Shown here piece by piece: positions 1-8,810 of a stretch of DNA of 29,673 nucleotides. The notes beneath the pieces are model-generated. The model saw only the letters and a list, made by a program, of their open reading frames with translations, made no database searches and had not been told where the DNA came from. This DNA comes from Chloroflexota bacterium (GTDB lineage Bacteria > Chloroflexota > UBA6077 > FW602-bin22 > JBHOQZ01). The stretch spans positions 1 through 29,673 of the forward strand of contig JBHOQZ010000606.1 in the NCBI GenBank assembly GCA_042408635.1, in the 5' to 3' direction. Made by a program: the position numbers and the translations under genes. Within the stretch, counting starts at the first letter, position 1. Each line of letters starts with the position of its first letter.

Positions 1-2
1 CC

Positions 3-218
3 CGGACGCCGAGCCCGCTGACCCGGCGCGAGCGCGAGATCGCGGTGCTCGTGGCGCAGGGCCAGACCGACCGGCAGATCGCCGAGGCGCTGGTGATCAC
101 CTAGGGCACCGTCGGCGTCCACCTCTCCAACATCTTCACCAAGCTCGACCTGCGCTCGCGCGCCCAGCTTGCCGTCTGGGCCGCCGAGCACGGCCTGCTC
201 GGCTCACGCGCCGACTGA
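3..218 (+). pseudogene. C-terminal LuxR-type HTH of a transcriptional regulator (5' end outside window), interrupted by an in-frame TAG at 102-104
   Basis: My translation of frame +3: ...PLTRREREIAVLVAQGQTDRQIAEALVIT*GTVGVHLSNIFTKLDLRSRAQLAVWAAEHGL...; LuxR/NarL HTH pattern continues on both sides of the stop; TGA at 216-218. Not in the supplied ORF track. Confidence 0.85.
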
Positions 219-440
219 GCCGCCCGTCCGGCCGGCAACGTCGAGCGCATTCGTCTGCCCACCTCGCGCCCGGCTCGCGGCGCCTCCGCCGCCGGTCCAC
301 CGCTTCTCCCACCGTGGGTCGCGAGCCGGGGAGCGGCCGCGTGCGTGCCGCCCCTCGACGCCGCGCCGGGGCTCCGGAGCGCACCACGCTGCCACCCGCT
401 CGCGGCCGGCGGGCCCCACGCCCCGAGCAGCAGCGAGTTA

Positions 441-574
441 TAGCGCGCGTCATAGGTAGCGCGCGCACCCGTCGGTAGCGCGCGCACCCGTCGGAGATCA
501 CGTGAGCGTCATAGGTCGTGGGCGCGCGTCTCGGGCTGGCCGCGCCACACCCGCACCGGCAGAAATATAGCGCG
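441..574. repeat. Intergenic direct repeats: 19-bp tandem GGTAGCGCGCGCACCCGTC x2 (455-473, 474-492), GCGTCATAGGT x2 (447-457, 506-516), TAGCGCG x4 (441, 457, 476, 568)
   Basis: Read directly from the sequence between the LuxR gene and the FAD oxidoreductase. Confidence 0.8.
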
Positions 575-652
575 GGTTATCGCGTTCGCCAGGCGCGGGG
601 TGGGCCCGCCGGGACGTACCTTGGTGTCACCAAACCACCAAGGAGTTGCCAG

Positions 653-2071
653 ATGGTCGTCCCACTCACTCCCTCTTCGGTCGCCTCGACCACGCCCGCG
701 CTCGGCGACCACCTCGAAACGCTGCGGGCTCGGCTGCTCGGTGAGCTCGTCACGGCCGAGGACGCGGACTACGACGCGCTTCGGCAGGTGCAGGAGTTCA
801 CGGTCGATCGGCGGCCGCTCGCGCTCGTGCGGGCGGCGGACGAGTACGACGTGGCAGCGGCCGTGAGCTTCGCGCGCGACCACGGCCTGCCGCTCGCGGT
901 CCGCAGCGGCGGCCACAGCCTCGCCCGCCAGAGCATGATCGACGACGCCATCGTCGTCGACCTCGGGGCGATGAAGCACATCAGCATCGACCCCGAGACG
1001 CGCACCACCCGGGTGCAGCCCGGCGCCACCTCCCGCGACCTGGCAGCCCAGGCCCAGCCCTACGGCCTGGCGCTTTCCACCGGCGACACCGCTACGGTCG
1101 GCATGGGTGGGCTGACCACGGGCGGCGGCATCGGCTTCATGGTGCGCAAGTACGGGCTCACCATCGACAACCTCCTCGCGGCGCGCGTCGTCACCGCCGA
1201 CGGCGAGATCGTCACCGCCAGCCCGACCGAGCACCCGGACCTCTTCTGGGCGATTCGCGGCGGCGGCGGCAACTTCGGCATAGTCACCGAGTTCGTCTAC
1301 CGCCTGGCGCCGGTCGGCCAGGTGCTGGGCGGCGAGCTGATGCTGCCGCCCAGCCGCGAGGTGGTCCGCGGCTATCTCGAGTACGCCGCCGCGGCGCCCG
1401 ACGACCTCACCACGCTCGCCAACCTCATGCACGCGCCGCCGGCGCCGCACGTGCCGGCCGAGCGGGTGGGAGAGCTGGTGCTCTCGATCCTCGTCTGCTG
1501 GACCGGGAGCGTCGAGGCCGGTCAGGCGGCGCTGGCCCCGCTGCGGGCGCTCGCCACCCCGATCGCCGACACCGTCGGCCCGATCCCCTACCCGCACATG
1601 TACGCGTTCACGGCGCACCAGGAAGCGCGGCACGGCTGGTCGATCCGGTCGATGTTCGCGCACGAGCTGAGCGACTCGGTGATCGACGCCGCGCTCTACG
1701 CGATGGCGCGGGCCACCTCGCCCTACAGCATCATCCACCTGCGCGGGCTCGGCGGCGCCATGGCACGGGTCGATCCCGCGGCGACGGCCTTCGCCCACCG
1801 CCATCAGCGCTACTGGCTCTCCATCATCGCGATCTGGCTCGACCCGACCGAGAACCCCATCACCCACCAGGCCTGGGTCCGCGGCCTCTGGCAGCAGATT
1901 CAGTACGAGAGCTCCGGCGTCTATGTCAACTTCCTCGAGGCGGACGAGGGGCAGGACCGCATGCTCGAGGCCTACCCGGCCGCCACCCACGCGCGCCTGG
2001 CCGCCATCAAGCGCCGCTACGACCCGCACAACCTCTTCCGCTTCAACCAGAACATCCAGCCGCAGCCGTGA
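653..2071 (+). CDS. FAD-binding oxidoreductase with BBE C-terminal domain (GlcD / 6-hydroxy-D-nicotine oxidase-like)
   Basis: RSGGHS covalent-FAD motif, GDTATVGMGGLTTGGGIG, DLFWAIRGGGGNFGIVT, C-terminal YVNF and KRRYDPHNLFRFNQNI. AAGGAG at 640-645 supports ATG 653 over the ORF-track start at 518. Confidence 0.93.
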   Translation: MVVPLTPSSVASTTPALGDHLETLRARLLGELVTAEDADYDALRQVQEFTVDRRPLALVRAADEYDVAAAVSFARDHGLPLAVRSGGHSLARQSMIDDAIVVDLGAMKHISIDPETRTTRVQPGATSRDLAAQAQPYGLALSTGDTATVGMGGLTTGGGIGFMVRKYGLTIDNLLAARVVTADGEIVTASPTEHPDLFWAIRGGGGNFGIVTEFVYRLAPVGQVLGGELMLPPSREVVRGYLEYAAAAPDDLTTLANLMHAPPAPHVPAERVGELVLSILVCWTGSVEAGQAALAPLRALATPIADTVGPIPYPHMYAFTAHQEARHGWSIRSMFAHELSDSVIDAALYAMARATSPYSIIHLRGLGGAMARVDPAATAFAHRHQRYWLSIIAIWLDPTENPITHQAWVRGLWQQIQYESSGVYVNFLEADEGQDRMLEAYPAATHARLAAIKRRYDPHNLFRFNQNIQPQP

Positions 2072-2074
2072 CCC

Positions 2075-2095
2075 GCGGCGGGCTCCGCCCGCCGC
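2075..2095 (+). other. Intergenic hairpin GCGGCGGGC-TCC-GCCCGCCGC, no U-tract
   Basis: Perfect 9-bp inverted repeat just after the stop codon at 2071. Confidence 0.55.
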
Positions 2096-2135
2096 ACCGA
2101 CCAATCACTCAACCACTCGAAAGGGAGGAACCACG

Positions 2136-3107
2136 ATGAATCTGACGTCGACGCTGATGTCGCAGCTCCCGGCCCGCCGGGTGGCGCGCTGGGGTATCGC
2201 CGCCGCGCTCGTCGGGACGCTCGCGCTGGCCCTCACAGGCACCGGGAGCGGTGCCCCGGCCGGTACCGACCGGACGTTGGGCTGGCGCACGCCGCTCGGC
2301 AACGGCGAGGTCAGCAGCTTCGCCGAGTTCGGGCCGGGGGGCGCCCCCCGCGCCATCGGCCTGGTCTTCTCGGGCGGCGCCTTCAACGGGCTGCCGGACA
2401 CGCATTCGGACGGACACCACTGCGCCGACCGCGACGGCGATGGCATCGTCGCCCGGCCGGGCGAGTGCTTCGAGACCCACGAGTACGTGATCCCGCTGCC
2501 GGACGCGGTCACGCGCCGGGACGACATCCCGTTCAAGTGGTCGCTGCTGAACTGGAACCGGCACGGCCACGCCCCGCCGGGCATCTACGACGTACCCCAC
2601 TTCGACGTCCACTTCTACATGACGTCGATCGCGGAGATCATGGCCATTCCGGCCGGCGCGTGCGGGCCCGAGTTCGTGGACTGCGACGCCTACGCCATCG
2701 CCAAGCAGCCCCTGCCGGCGGGCATGATGCACCCCGACTTCGCCGACGTGGACGCGGTCGCGCCCGCAATGGGCAACCACCTGATCGACCTGACCGGCCG
2801 TGAGTTCGGGGGTGAGCCGTTCACCCGGAGCTGGCTCTACGGGGTCTACGGAGGGCGCGTGATCTTCTACGAGGAGATGGTGACGCTCGCCTACCTCCAG
2901 AGCCGCCCCGCCGAGTGCCTCGCCATCAAGGCCACGCCCGAGGTCGCGGTCGCCGGCTTCTACCCGACCCAGCGCTGCATCCGCTACGAGCCCGGCACCG
3001 ACACCTACGTCGTCTCGATGGAAGCGTTCGTCTACCGCGGGGCGCGCCAGGCAGCCGCCCCGGTCGAGCCGACCGGCCCGACCAGCCCGGCCACCCACCG
3101 CCACTAA
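2136..3107 (+). CDS. Secreted His-rich putative metal-binding protein, DUF5602/TTHB210-like
   Basis: GGGAGG RBS before ATG 2136; basic plus hydrophobic signal peptide; motifs LNWNRHGH, YDVPHFDVHFY, PAMGNH, YGGRVIFYEEM. Confidence 0.75.
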   Translation: MNLTSTLMSQLPARRVARWGIAAALVGTLALALTGTGSGAPAGTDRTLGWRTPLGNGEVSSFAEFGPGGAPRAIGLVFSGGAFNGLPDTHSDGHHCADRDGDGIVARPGECFETHEYVIPLPDAVTRRDDIPFKWSLLNWNRHGHAPPGIYDVPHFDVHFYMTSIAEIMAIPAGACGPEFVDCDAYAIAKQPLPAGMMHPDFADVDAVAPAMGNHLIDLTGREFGGEPFTRSWLYGVYGGRVIFYEEMVTLAYLQSRPAECLAIKATPEVAVAGFYPTQRCIRYEPGTDTYVVSMEAFVYRGARQAAAPVEPTGPTSPATHRH

Positions 3108-3124
3108 AGTCGAACCGGAGTATG

Positions 3125-3168
3125 GACCGCGGCCGGCGGGCGGCGAACCCTGCCCGTCGGCCGCGGTC
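3125..3168 (+). other. 17-bp intergenic stem-loop (one G-U pair)
   Basis: GACCGCGGCCGGCGGGC (3125-3141) pairs with GCCCGTCGGCCGCGGTC (3152-3168); ends just before the GGAGG RBS of the next gene. Confidence 0.6.
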
Positions 3169-3186
3169 GAATGGAGGAAGCCAGCC

Positions 3187-4104
3187 ATGCGCTGTGGAGT
3201 TGCCTTGCCGAGCCTCGGGGCCGGCGTCGGGCCGGCCGAGCTCGTCCGCGCGGCACGCGCGGCGGAGGAGCTCGGCTACGCGAACCTCTGGGTCGCCGAG
3301 CGCTTGCTCTATCCGGTGGCGCCGCGCAGCCGCTACCCGGTGACGCCCGACGGCTCGCTGCCGCGCTTCTACCAGCACGCGCTGACGCCGCTGGAGACGC
3401 TGAGCTTCGTGGCGGCGACCACCACGCGGATCGGCCTGGGGGTGAGCGTGGTGCTGATGCCGCTGCACAACCCCGTCATGCTCGCTCGCCAGATCGCCAC
3501 GCTGGACGTCCTCTCCGATGGCCGGGCGCGGCTCGGGCTCGGCCAGGGCTGGTCGCTCGACGAACTGGAGGCGGGCGGCGGCGCGACGACCCGGCGCGGC
3601 GCCCGCGCCGACGAGTACATCCGGGTGCTCGAGACGATCTGGACGACCGACCCGGCCGAGTTCGCCGGCGAGTTCTTCACGCTGCCGCGGTCGATCCTCC
3701 AGCCCAAGCCGGTCCAGCGGCCGCGGCCGCCGATCTACATGGCCGCCTACGCCCCGAGTGCGCTGGCGCGCATCGGCCGGCTGGCCGACGGCTGGATGCC
3801 CTCGGGCGTGCCGCTCGCGGCGATCGGGCCGATGATGGACCAGGTTCGCCACAGCGCCCGCGCGGCCGGACGCGATCTCGCCGACCTGGAGCTGCTGATC
3901 TGGGCCGACCTGGACGTGCGCGAGACGCCCGCCGGCGAGGGCCGGCTGGACTTCCACGGCTCGCTCGACGAAATCCGGCGCGACGTCGACACCGCGCGGG
4001 AGCTCGGCGCGACCGAGATCGTGTTCTGGCCCGGCTACGCCACCGGTGAGCTCTCGCTCGACACCTTCTTCGACCTGTTGGAACCGCTGCGGCGACTCGT
4101 GTAG
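3187..4104 (+). CDS. LLM-class oxidoreductase, probably F420-dependent (Rv2161c-like)
   Basis: AEELGYANLWVAER, LETLSFVAATTTRIGLG, LARQIATLDVLSDGR, LGLGQGW, QPKPVQRPRPPIY, RIGRLADGWMP; GGAGG RBS. Confidence 0.88.
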   Translation: MRCGVALPSLGAGVGPAELVRAARAAEELGYANLWVAERLLYPVAPRSRYPVTPDGSLPRFYQHALTPLETLSFVAATTTRIGLGVSVVLMPLHNPVMLARQIATLDVLSDGRARLGLGQGWSLDELEAGGGATTRRGARADEYIRVLETIWTTDPAEFAGEFFTLPRSILQPKPVQRPRPPIYMAAYAPSALARIGRLADGWMPSGVPLAAIGPMMDQVRHSARAAGRDLADLELLIWADLDVRETPAGEGRLDFHGSLDEIRRDVDTARELGATEIVFWPGYATGELSLDTFFDLLEPLRRLV

Positions 4105-4123
4105 GGCCGTCGGGAGGACAGAG

Positions 4124-5008
4124 ATGACGCTGATGTTGCACGAACCGGGGTCGGCGGAGGTCACGCTGCGCCGGGCCGGGCCGGACGATGCCGCCGCCTG
4201 CGGCCGGATTTGCTACGAGGCGTTCCGAACGATCGCGAGCAAGCACGCCTTCCCGCCCGACTTCCCGTCGCCCGAGGTGGCGACCGACGTGCTCGCCGGG
4301 CTCCTCGCCCACCCGGGCTTCTACGGGGTCGTGGCGGAGCGCGCGGGGCGGGTCGTGGGCAGCAATTTCCTCGACGAGCGCTCGCCCATCGCCGGGGTGG
4401 GCCCGATCACCGTCGACACGGGCGTGCAGGACGGCGGCATCGGCCGGCGCCTCATGCAGGCGGTGCTCGACCGCGCGGCGGCGCAGAGGTTCGCCGGGGT
4501 CCGGCTGCTCCAGGGTGCCTACCACACCCGCTCCCTCTCGCTGTACACCAAGCTCGGGTTCCAGGTACGGGAGCCGATCGCCTGCCTGCAGGGCCCGCCG
4601 ATGGCGATCACGATCCCCGGCCGCTCGGTGCGGGCGGCGCGCGCGGCCGACCTGGAGGACTGCAACCGACTCTGTCGCCGCGTCCACGGCCACGATCGCG
4701 CCGGCGAGGTGGCGGACGCCATCCGGAGCGGCAGCGCCACGGTCGTCGAGCACGCCGGGCGCATCAGCGGCTACGCCACGGCGATCGGGTTCTTCGGCCA
4801 CGCGGTGGGCGAGACCGACGACGACATCAAGGCGCTGATCGGCACGGCCCCGGCGATCCTCGGCCCGGGAGTCCTGGTGCCGGCCCGCGCCCCGCTGTTC
4901 GGCTGGTGCCTGGGCCACGGCCTGCGGACGTTGCAGGTCATGACGCTGATGACCCGTGGGCTGTACGGCGAGCCGGCCGGCGCCTGGCTCCCCTCCATCC
5001 TCTACTGA
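4124..5008 (+). CDS. GNAT-family N-acetyltransferase with two GNAT-like domains
   Basis: Acetyl-CoA motif VQDGGIGRRLM, then SLSLYTKLGF; GGGAGG RBS before ATG 4124. Confidence 0.88.
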   Translation: MTLMLHEPGSAEVTLRRAGPDDAAACGRICYEAFRTIASKHAFPPDFPSPEVATDVLAGLLAHPGFYGVVAERAGRVVGSNFLDERSPIAGVGPITVDTGVQDGGIGRRLMQAVLDRAAAQRFAGVRLLQGAYHTRSLSLYTKLGFQVREPIACLQGPPMAITIPGRSVRAARAADLEDCNRLCRRVHGHDRAGEVADAIRSGSATVVEHAGRISGYATAIGFFGHAVGETDDDIKALIGTAPAILGPGVLVPARAPLFGWCLGHGLRTLQVMTLMTRGLYGEPAGAWLPSILY

Positions 5009-5065
5009 GGTTCGGCTGCTCCGCCACCACCTCGTCACGGCCCCGGGAAGCCGTTCCGGGGGCCG

Positions 5066-5074
5066 TGGCATAAT
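5066..5074 (+). promoter_or_regulatory. Extended -10 element TGgCATAAT for the AKR-amidohydrolase pair
   Basis: Motif match about 75 bp upstream of ATG 5150, preceded by an imperfect hairpin at 5039-5064. Confidence 0.45.
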
Positions 5075-5149
5075 GGCGCCGCGCCGACCGCCCGGCCCCG
5101 CCGGCCGCGCGCGAGGGGCCGGCCGGCAGCGGCTAAGGGAGGTGTCGAG

Positions 5150-6169
5150 ATGGAGCCGGGGGAGCGCATGGCGTTCGGGCGGACGGGGTTGGCCGTGACG
5201 CCGCTGGGGCTCGGCTCGGCCCCGCTCGGCAACCTCTTCCGGGCCGTCGAGGAGGACGAGGCGCTGGCCACGATCGAGCGCGCCTGGGCGCTCGGCATCC
5301 GGTTCTTCGACACGGCGCCGCTCTACGGCCACGGCATCGCCGAGCGCCGGCTCGGCCAGGTGCTCAGGGCCCGCCCGCGCGACGAGTTCGTCCTTGCGAC
5401 GAAGGTGGGGCGGCTGCTGCGCGCCGACGCGCCGCCCGAGCCGCGCCTGATCGAGCACGGCGAGCCGATCTACAAGGCGGTGCCGCCCGTCAACCCGGTG
5501 TTCGACTTCAGCTACGACGGCGTGCTGCGCTCGGTCGAGGAGAGCCTGGCGCGACTCGGCCTCGACCGGATCGACATCCTCCACATCCACGACCCGGACG
5601 AGCACTACGAGGCGGCGCTGACCGGCGCCTACCGCGCCCTCGACCGCCTGCGCGCCGAGGGGACGATCCGCGCCGTCGGCGCCGGCATGAACCAGGCCGA
5701 GATGCTGGTGCGGTTCGCGCGCGCGGCCGACTTCGACTGCTTCCTCCTCGCCGGGCGCTACACGCTGCTCGACCAGTCGGGCCTGGCGGAGCTGTTGCCG
5801 CTTTGCGCGGAGCGCGGCATCGCCATCATCATCGGCGGGGTCTACAACAGCGGCGTCCTGGCCGATCCCCACGGCGACGGCGCCACCTTCAACTACCGCC
5901 CGGCCGGCATGCGGCTCCTCGAGCGCGCCCGGCGGCTCGACGCCGTCTGCGCCCGCTTCGGCGTGCCGCTCAAGGCGGCGGCGATCCAGTTCCCGCTCGG
6001 CCACCCGGCGGTGAGCGTGGTGCTCAACGGCGCCCGCTCGGTCGCCGAACTCGAGGAGAATGCGGCCATGTTCCGCACGCCCATCCCGCCCGAGCTCTGG
6101 GCGGCGCTCAAGGCCGAGGGCCTGCTGCCGGAGGGCGTGCCCGTGCCGACGGCGGGCGCGGCGAGGTGA
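5150..6169 (+). CDS. Aldo/keto reductase, D-threo-aldose/L-fucose 1-dehydrogenase-like
   Basis: LGLGSAPLGNL, FDTAPLYGHG (catalytic D and Y), LATKVG (K), LHIHDPD (H), LLAGRYTLLDQ, GGVYNSGVL. Confidence 0.88.
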   Translation: MEPGERMAFGRTGLAVTPLGLGSAPLGNLFRAVEEDEALATIERAWALGIRFFDTAPLYGHGIAERRLGQVLRARPRDEFVLATKVGRLLRADAPPEPRLIEHGEPIYKAVPPVNPVFDFSYDGVLRSVEESLARLGLDRIDILHIHDPDEHYEAALTGAYRALDRLRAEGTIRAVGAGMNQAEMLVRFARAADFDCFLLAGRYTLLDQSGLAELLPLCAERGIAIIIGGVYNSGVLADPHGDGATFNYRPAGMRLLERARRLDAVCARFGVPLKAAAIQFPLGHPAVSVVLNGARSVAELEENAAMFRTPIPPELWAALKAEGLLPEGVPVPTAGAAR

Positions 6170-6170
6170 G

Positions 6171-7034
6171 GTGACGGTGAGCCCGGTCGTCGACGCGCAC
6201 CACCACTTCTGGGACACCACCCGCGCCGACTATCCTTGGATGACGGGGGCGCACGCGCCGATCCGCCGGCCGTTCGGCCCCGACGACCTGCGGCCGGAGC
6301 TCACGGCGCACGGCATCGACCGGACAGTGCTCGTCCAGACGCGCGCGAGCCTGGCGGAGACGCGCGAGTTCCTCGCCACGGCCGAGGCGACCGACTTCGT
6401 GGCGGGCGTGGTCGGCTGGGTCGACCTGGCCGCGCCCGATGTGGCCGACCGGCTGGCCGAGCTGCGCGCCGGGCCGGGCGGTGGCTACCTCGTCGCCATC
6501 CGGCACCAGGTCCACGACGAGCCGGACCCCGCCTGGCTGCTGCGCGCGGACGTGCAGCGCGGGCTGGCGGCGGTACGCGACGCCGGCCTCGCCTACGACC
6601 TGCTCGTGCGCCCGCGCGAGCTGCCGGCCGCGCTCGGGGTCGCGCGGGCGCTCCCCGACCTGCGCCTGATCGTCGACCACGCCGCCAAACCGCCGATCCG
6701 CTCGGGTCGGGTCGAGCCGTGGGCGTCGCTCATGGCGCCGCTCGCGGCGCTGCCCAACGTCGCCTGCAAGCTCTCGGGGCTGGTGACCGAGGCCAACCCC
6801 GCGCGCTGGACGCCGGCCGATCTGGCGCCCTACGTCGAGCGCGTGGTCGACCGCTTCGGGCCCGAGCGGCTGCTCTACGGCTCCGACTGGCCCGTCTGCC
6901 TGCTCGCGGCGGGCTACGGCGTGCAGCTCCAGGCGCTCCGCGCAACGCTCGACCCGCTCGGGCTGGGCGAGTCCGAGCGGGTCGCGATCTTCGGCGAGAG
7001 CGCCGTGCGCTGGTATCGGCTGCCGGTGGCGTAG
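6171..7034 (+). CDS. Amidohydrolase_2 family protein, L-fuconolactonase/LigI-like (start GTG 6171 or 6177)
   Basis: VDAHHHFW, VLVQT, GVVGWVDL, DHAAKP, CKLSGLVTEA, YGSDWPVC; abuts the AKR stop codon. Confidence 0.88.
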   Translation: MTVSPVVDAHHHFWDTTRADYPWMTGAHAPIRRPFGPDDLRPELTAHGIDRTVLVQTRASLAETREFLATAEATDFVAGVVGWVDLAAPDVADRLAELRAGPGGGYLVAIRHQVHDEPDPAWLLRADVQRGLAAVRDAGLAYDLLVRPRELPAALGVARALPDLRLIVDHAAKPPIRSGRVEPWASLMAPLAALPNVACKLSGLVTEANPARWTPADLAPYVERVVDRFGPERLLYGSDWPVCLLAAGYGVQLQALRATLDPLGLGESERVAIFGESAVRWYRLPVA

Positions 7035-7047
7035 CGCCTGGCGCGGC

Positions 7048-8388
7048 CTAGGCGACGAGGACGGCCGCCTCGACCGCGCCGATGGCGGCGTCGAGGATCC
7101 CGAGGATCTCGTCGATGTCGGCCGGCGTCGAGACGAGCGGCGGGGCGAGGACGAGCCAGTTCGGGTCGGCGCGCATGAGCAGTCCGCGCTCGCGCGCGGC
7201 CCGGCTGACCTGGAGGCCGAATTTCAGGTCGCGCGGGAAGGGCCGGCGCGTGGCGCGGTCGGCGACGAACTCGACGCCCTGGAGCAGCCCGATGCCGCGC
7301 ACGTCCCCGATGCTCGGGTGGCGCGCCGCCAGCGCCTCCAGCCCGGCCCGGAGCTGGAGGCCGCGCTCGCCGGCCGCCCGGCAGAGGTCGTAGTCCAGCA
7401 GCTCGCGCAGCACGGCGGTGCCGGCGGCGCAGGAGACGGGGTTGGCGCCGTAGGTGTGCCCGGCCATGAATTGGCGCCCCTCCTTGCCGGTGAACGCCGC
7501 CGCCACCTGCTCGGCGATCAGCACGGCCGAGAGGGGCGAGTAGCCGGCGCTCATCCCCTTGCCGACGCAGAGCAGGTCGGGCACCACGCCCATGCCGGGA
7601 CCGCCGAAGAGGTGGCCGAGGCGGCCGAAGCCGGTGATGATCTCGTCGAAGATGAGGAGCACGTTGTGCCGGTTGCAGATGTCGCGCAGCGTCGGCAGGT
7701 ACTCGGGCGGCGGGACGATGAAGCCGCCGCCGGAGACAACCAGCGGCTCGACGATGATGGCGGCGACCGTGTTCGGGTCCTCGCGCTCGATCGTGCGCTC
7801 GATCAGGGTGGCGCAGGTGAGGCCGCACTCGGGGTAGGTCTTGTCGAAGGGGCAGCGGTAGCAGTAGGGCGGGTGGACGTGGACGAAGCCGGGCGGCATC
7901 GGCTCGAACGGCGCCTTGCGGTCGCCCGAGCCGGAGGCGGACATGGCGCCGAAGGTGCCGCCGTGGTAGGAGCCGTAGCGCGAGATGATCTTGTACTTGT
8001 TGGGGTTGTCGGTCTGCTTGTGGTACTGGCGCGCCAGCTTCATGGCGTTCTCGGTCGCCTCGGAGCCGCCGGAGAAGAACTTGACGGCGGTCAGGCCCGG
8101 CGGGGCGTGGTCGAGCAGCAGGCGCGCGTAGGCGAGCGCGGCGGTGTTGGTCGAGAAGAGCGGCGCGCCGAAGGCGAGCGTGTTGAGCTGGCGCACGATG
8201 GCGTCGATGACGCGGCGGTTGCCGTGGCCGAGGTTCGAGACGAAGACGCCCGAGAGGCCGTCGATGTAGGTACGCCCGTCGACATCCTTGAGCCGGATCC
8301 CCTCCCCCTCGGCCAGCACCAGCGGATCGCGGGCGAATTCGCTCATCTGGGTGAAATCGATCAGCACGCGCTCGATGATCTCGGTCAC
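7048..8388 (-). CDS. Class III PLP-dependent aminotransferase (omega-amino acid/BioA-like)
   Basis: YIDGLSG, LGHGN, SGGSEATENAMKLARQY, SYHGGT, IVEP, FDEIITGFGR, GKGMSAGY (PLP lysine), GHTYGANP. AAGGAGG/GGAGG upstream of GTG 8388. Confidence 0.93.
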   Translation of the reverse strand: MTEIIERVLIDFTQMSEFARDPLVLAEGEGIRLKDVDGRTYIDGLSGVFVSNLGHGNRRVIDAIVRQLNTLAFGAPLFSTNTAALAYARLLLDHAPPGLTAVKFFSGGSEATENAMKLARQYHKQTDNPNKYKIISRYGSYHGGTFGAMSASGSGDRKAPFEPMPPGFVHVHPPYCYRCPFDKTYPECGLTCATLIERTIEREDPNTVAAIIVEPLVVSGGGFIVPPPEYLPTLRDICNRHNVLLIFDEIITGFGRLGHLFGGPGMGVVPDLLCVGKGMSAGYSPLSAVLIAEQVAAAFTGKEGRQFMAGHTYGANPVSCAAGTAVLRELLDYDLCRAAGERGLQLRAGLEALAARHPSIGDVRGIGLLQGVEFVADRATRRPFPRDLKFGLQVSRAARERGLLMRADPNWLVLAPPLVSTPADIDEILGILDAAIGAVEAAVLVA

Positions 8389-8489
8389 GGCCTCCGCCTC
8401 CTTACGCTCTGCTCCATGCCGGCCACCGTCAGCCGCCACAGCCCTGCACCACGCCCAGCCGCCGGCAGCGCCGACGGGCACCGCGCCGA

Positions 8490-8498
8490 ATAGTACCA
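8490..8498 (-). promoter_or_regulatory. Extended -10 element TGgTACTAT for the aminotransferase
   Basis: Reverse complement of ATAGTACCA, about 100 bp upstream of the start. Confidence 0.45.
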
Positions 8499-8577
8499 GA
8501 ATCGCGCCCTTCGACGCGCCGATCCCAACCCTGATCGATCGGGAAACCCGCGGCCTGATGAAACAGCGGCACAGACA

Positions 8578-8810
8578 TCACGTTTCAAGAAAGTTCGCAA
8601 ATCGCAACGACGCGACAACACCGCCGCCACCCAAGCGGGCCTACCCGAATGACCGGACCGACGCCGAGTGGCTGCTGATCGCGCCGCTCGCGCCCACACC
8701 CCGGCCGCGCCGCCCGCCGCTGGCTCATCCCTGACGCGCGGTCGCCAACGCGGTCCTGGACGTGCTGCCCGAGGGCTGCCGCGAGCGCCACCCGCTGCAC
8801 GGGTGGACCG
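8578..8810 (+). mobile_element. Decayed IS5-family transposase N-terminus with a possible degenerate terminal repeat
   Basis: Frame from 8633 reads KRAYPNDRTDAEWLLIAPLAPTPRPRRPPLAHP*RAVANAVLDVLPEGCR, matching the IS5-type pattern YPSDLTDAEW..IAPLLP..GRP....REVVNAILYVLRTGC. In-frame TGA at 8732; no DDE domain follows. CGTTTCAAGAAAGT at 8581-8594 resembles IS5-group ends. Confidence 0.75.

Noticed and set aside
102-104. Pyrrolysine or stop-codon reassignment at the in-frame TAG
   Set aside because: TAG ends many normal genes here (4104, 7034, 10553, 15166, 22052), no pyl genes are in view, and a single GAG>TAG change explains it.
455-492. Possible CRISPR array
   Set aside because: Only two adjacent 19-bp copies, no spacers and no cas genes.
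518-2135. ORF-track N-terminal extensions (518 for the oxidase, 1923 for the DUF5602-like gene; likewise 4046, 6060, 8481, 9187, 11716, 18131, 29099)
   Set aside because: Internal starts have clear RBSs, and the extensions overlap neighbours or lack family features.
509-8493. Long antisense ORFs 509-2104, 2109-3188, 2926-4164, 3677-6220 (847 aa) and 7318-8493
   Set aside because: They mirror well-supported genes on the opposite strand, have no motifs, and are the expected shadows of high-GC3 coding.
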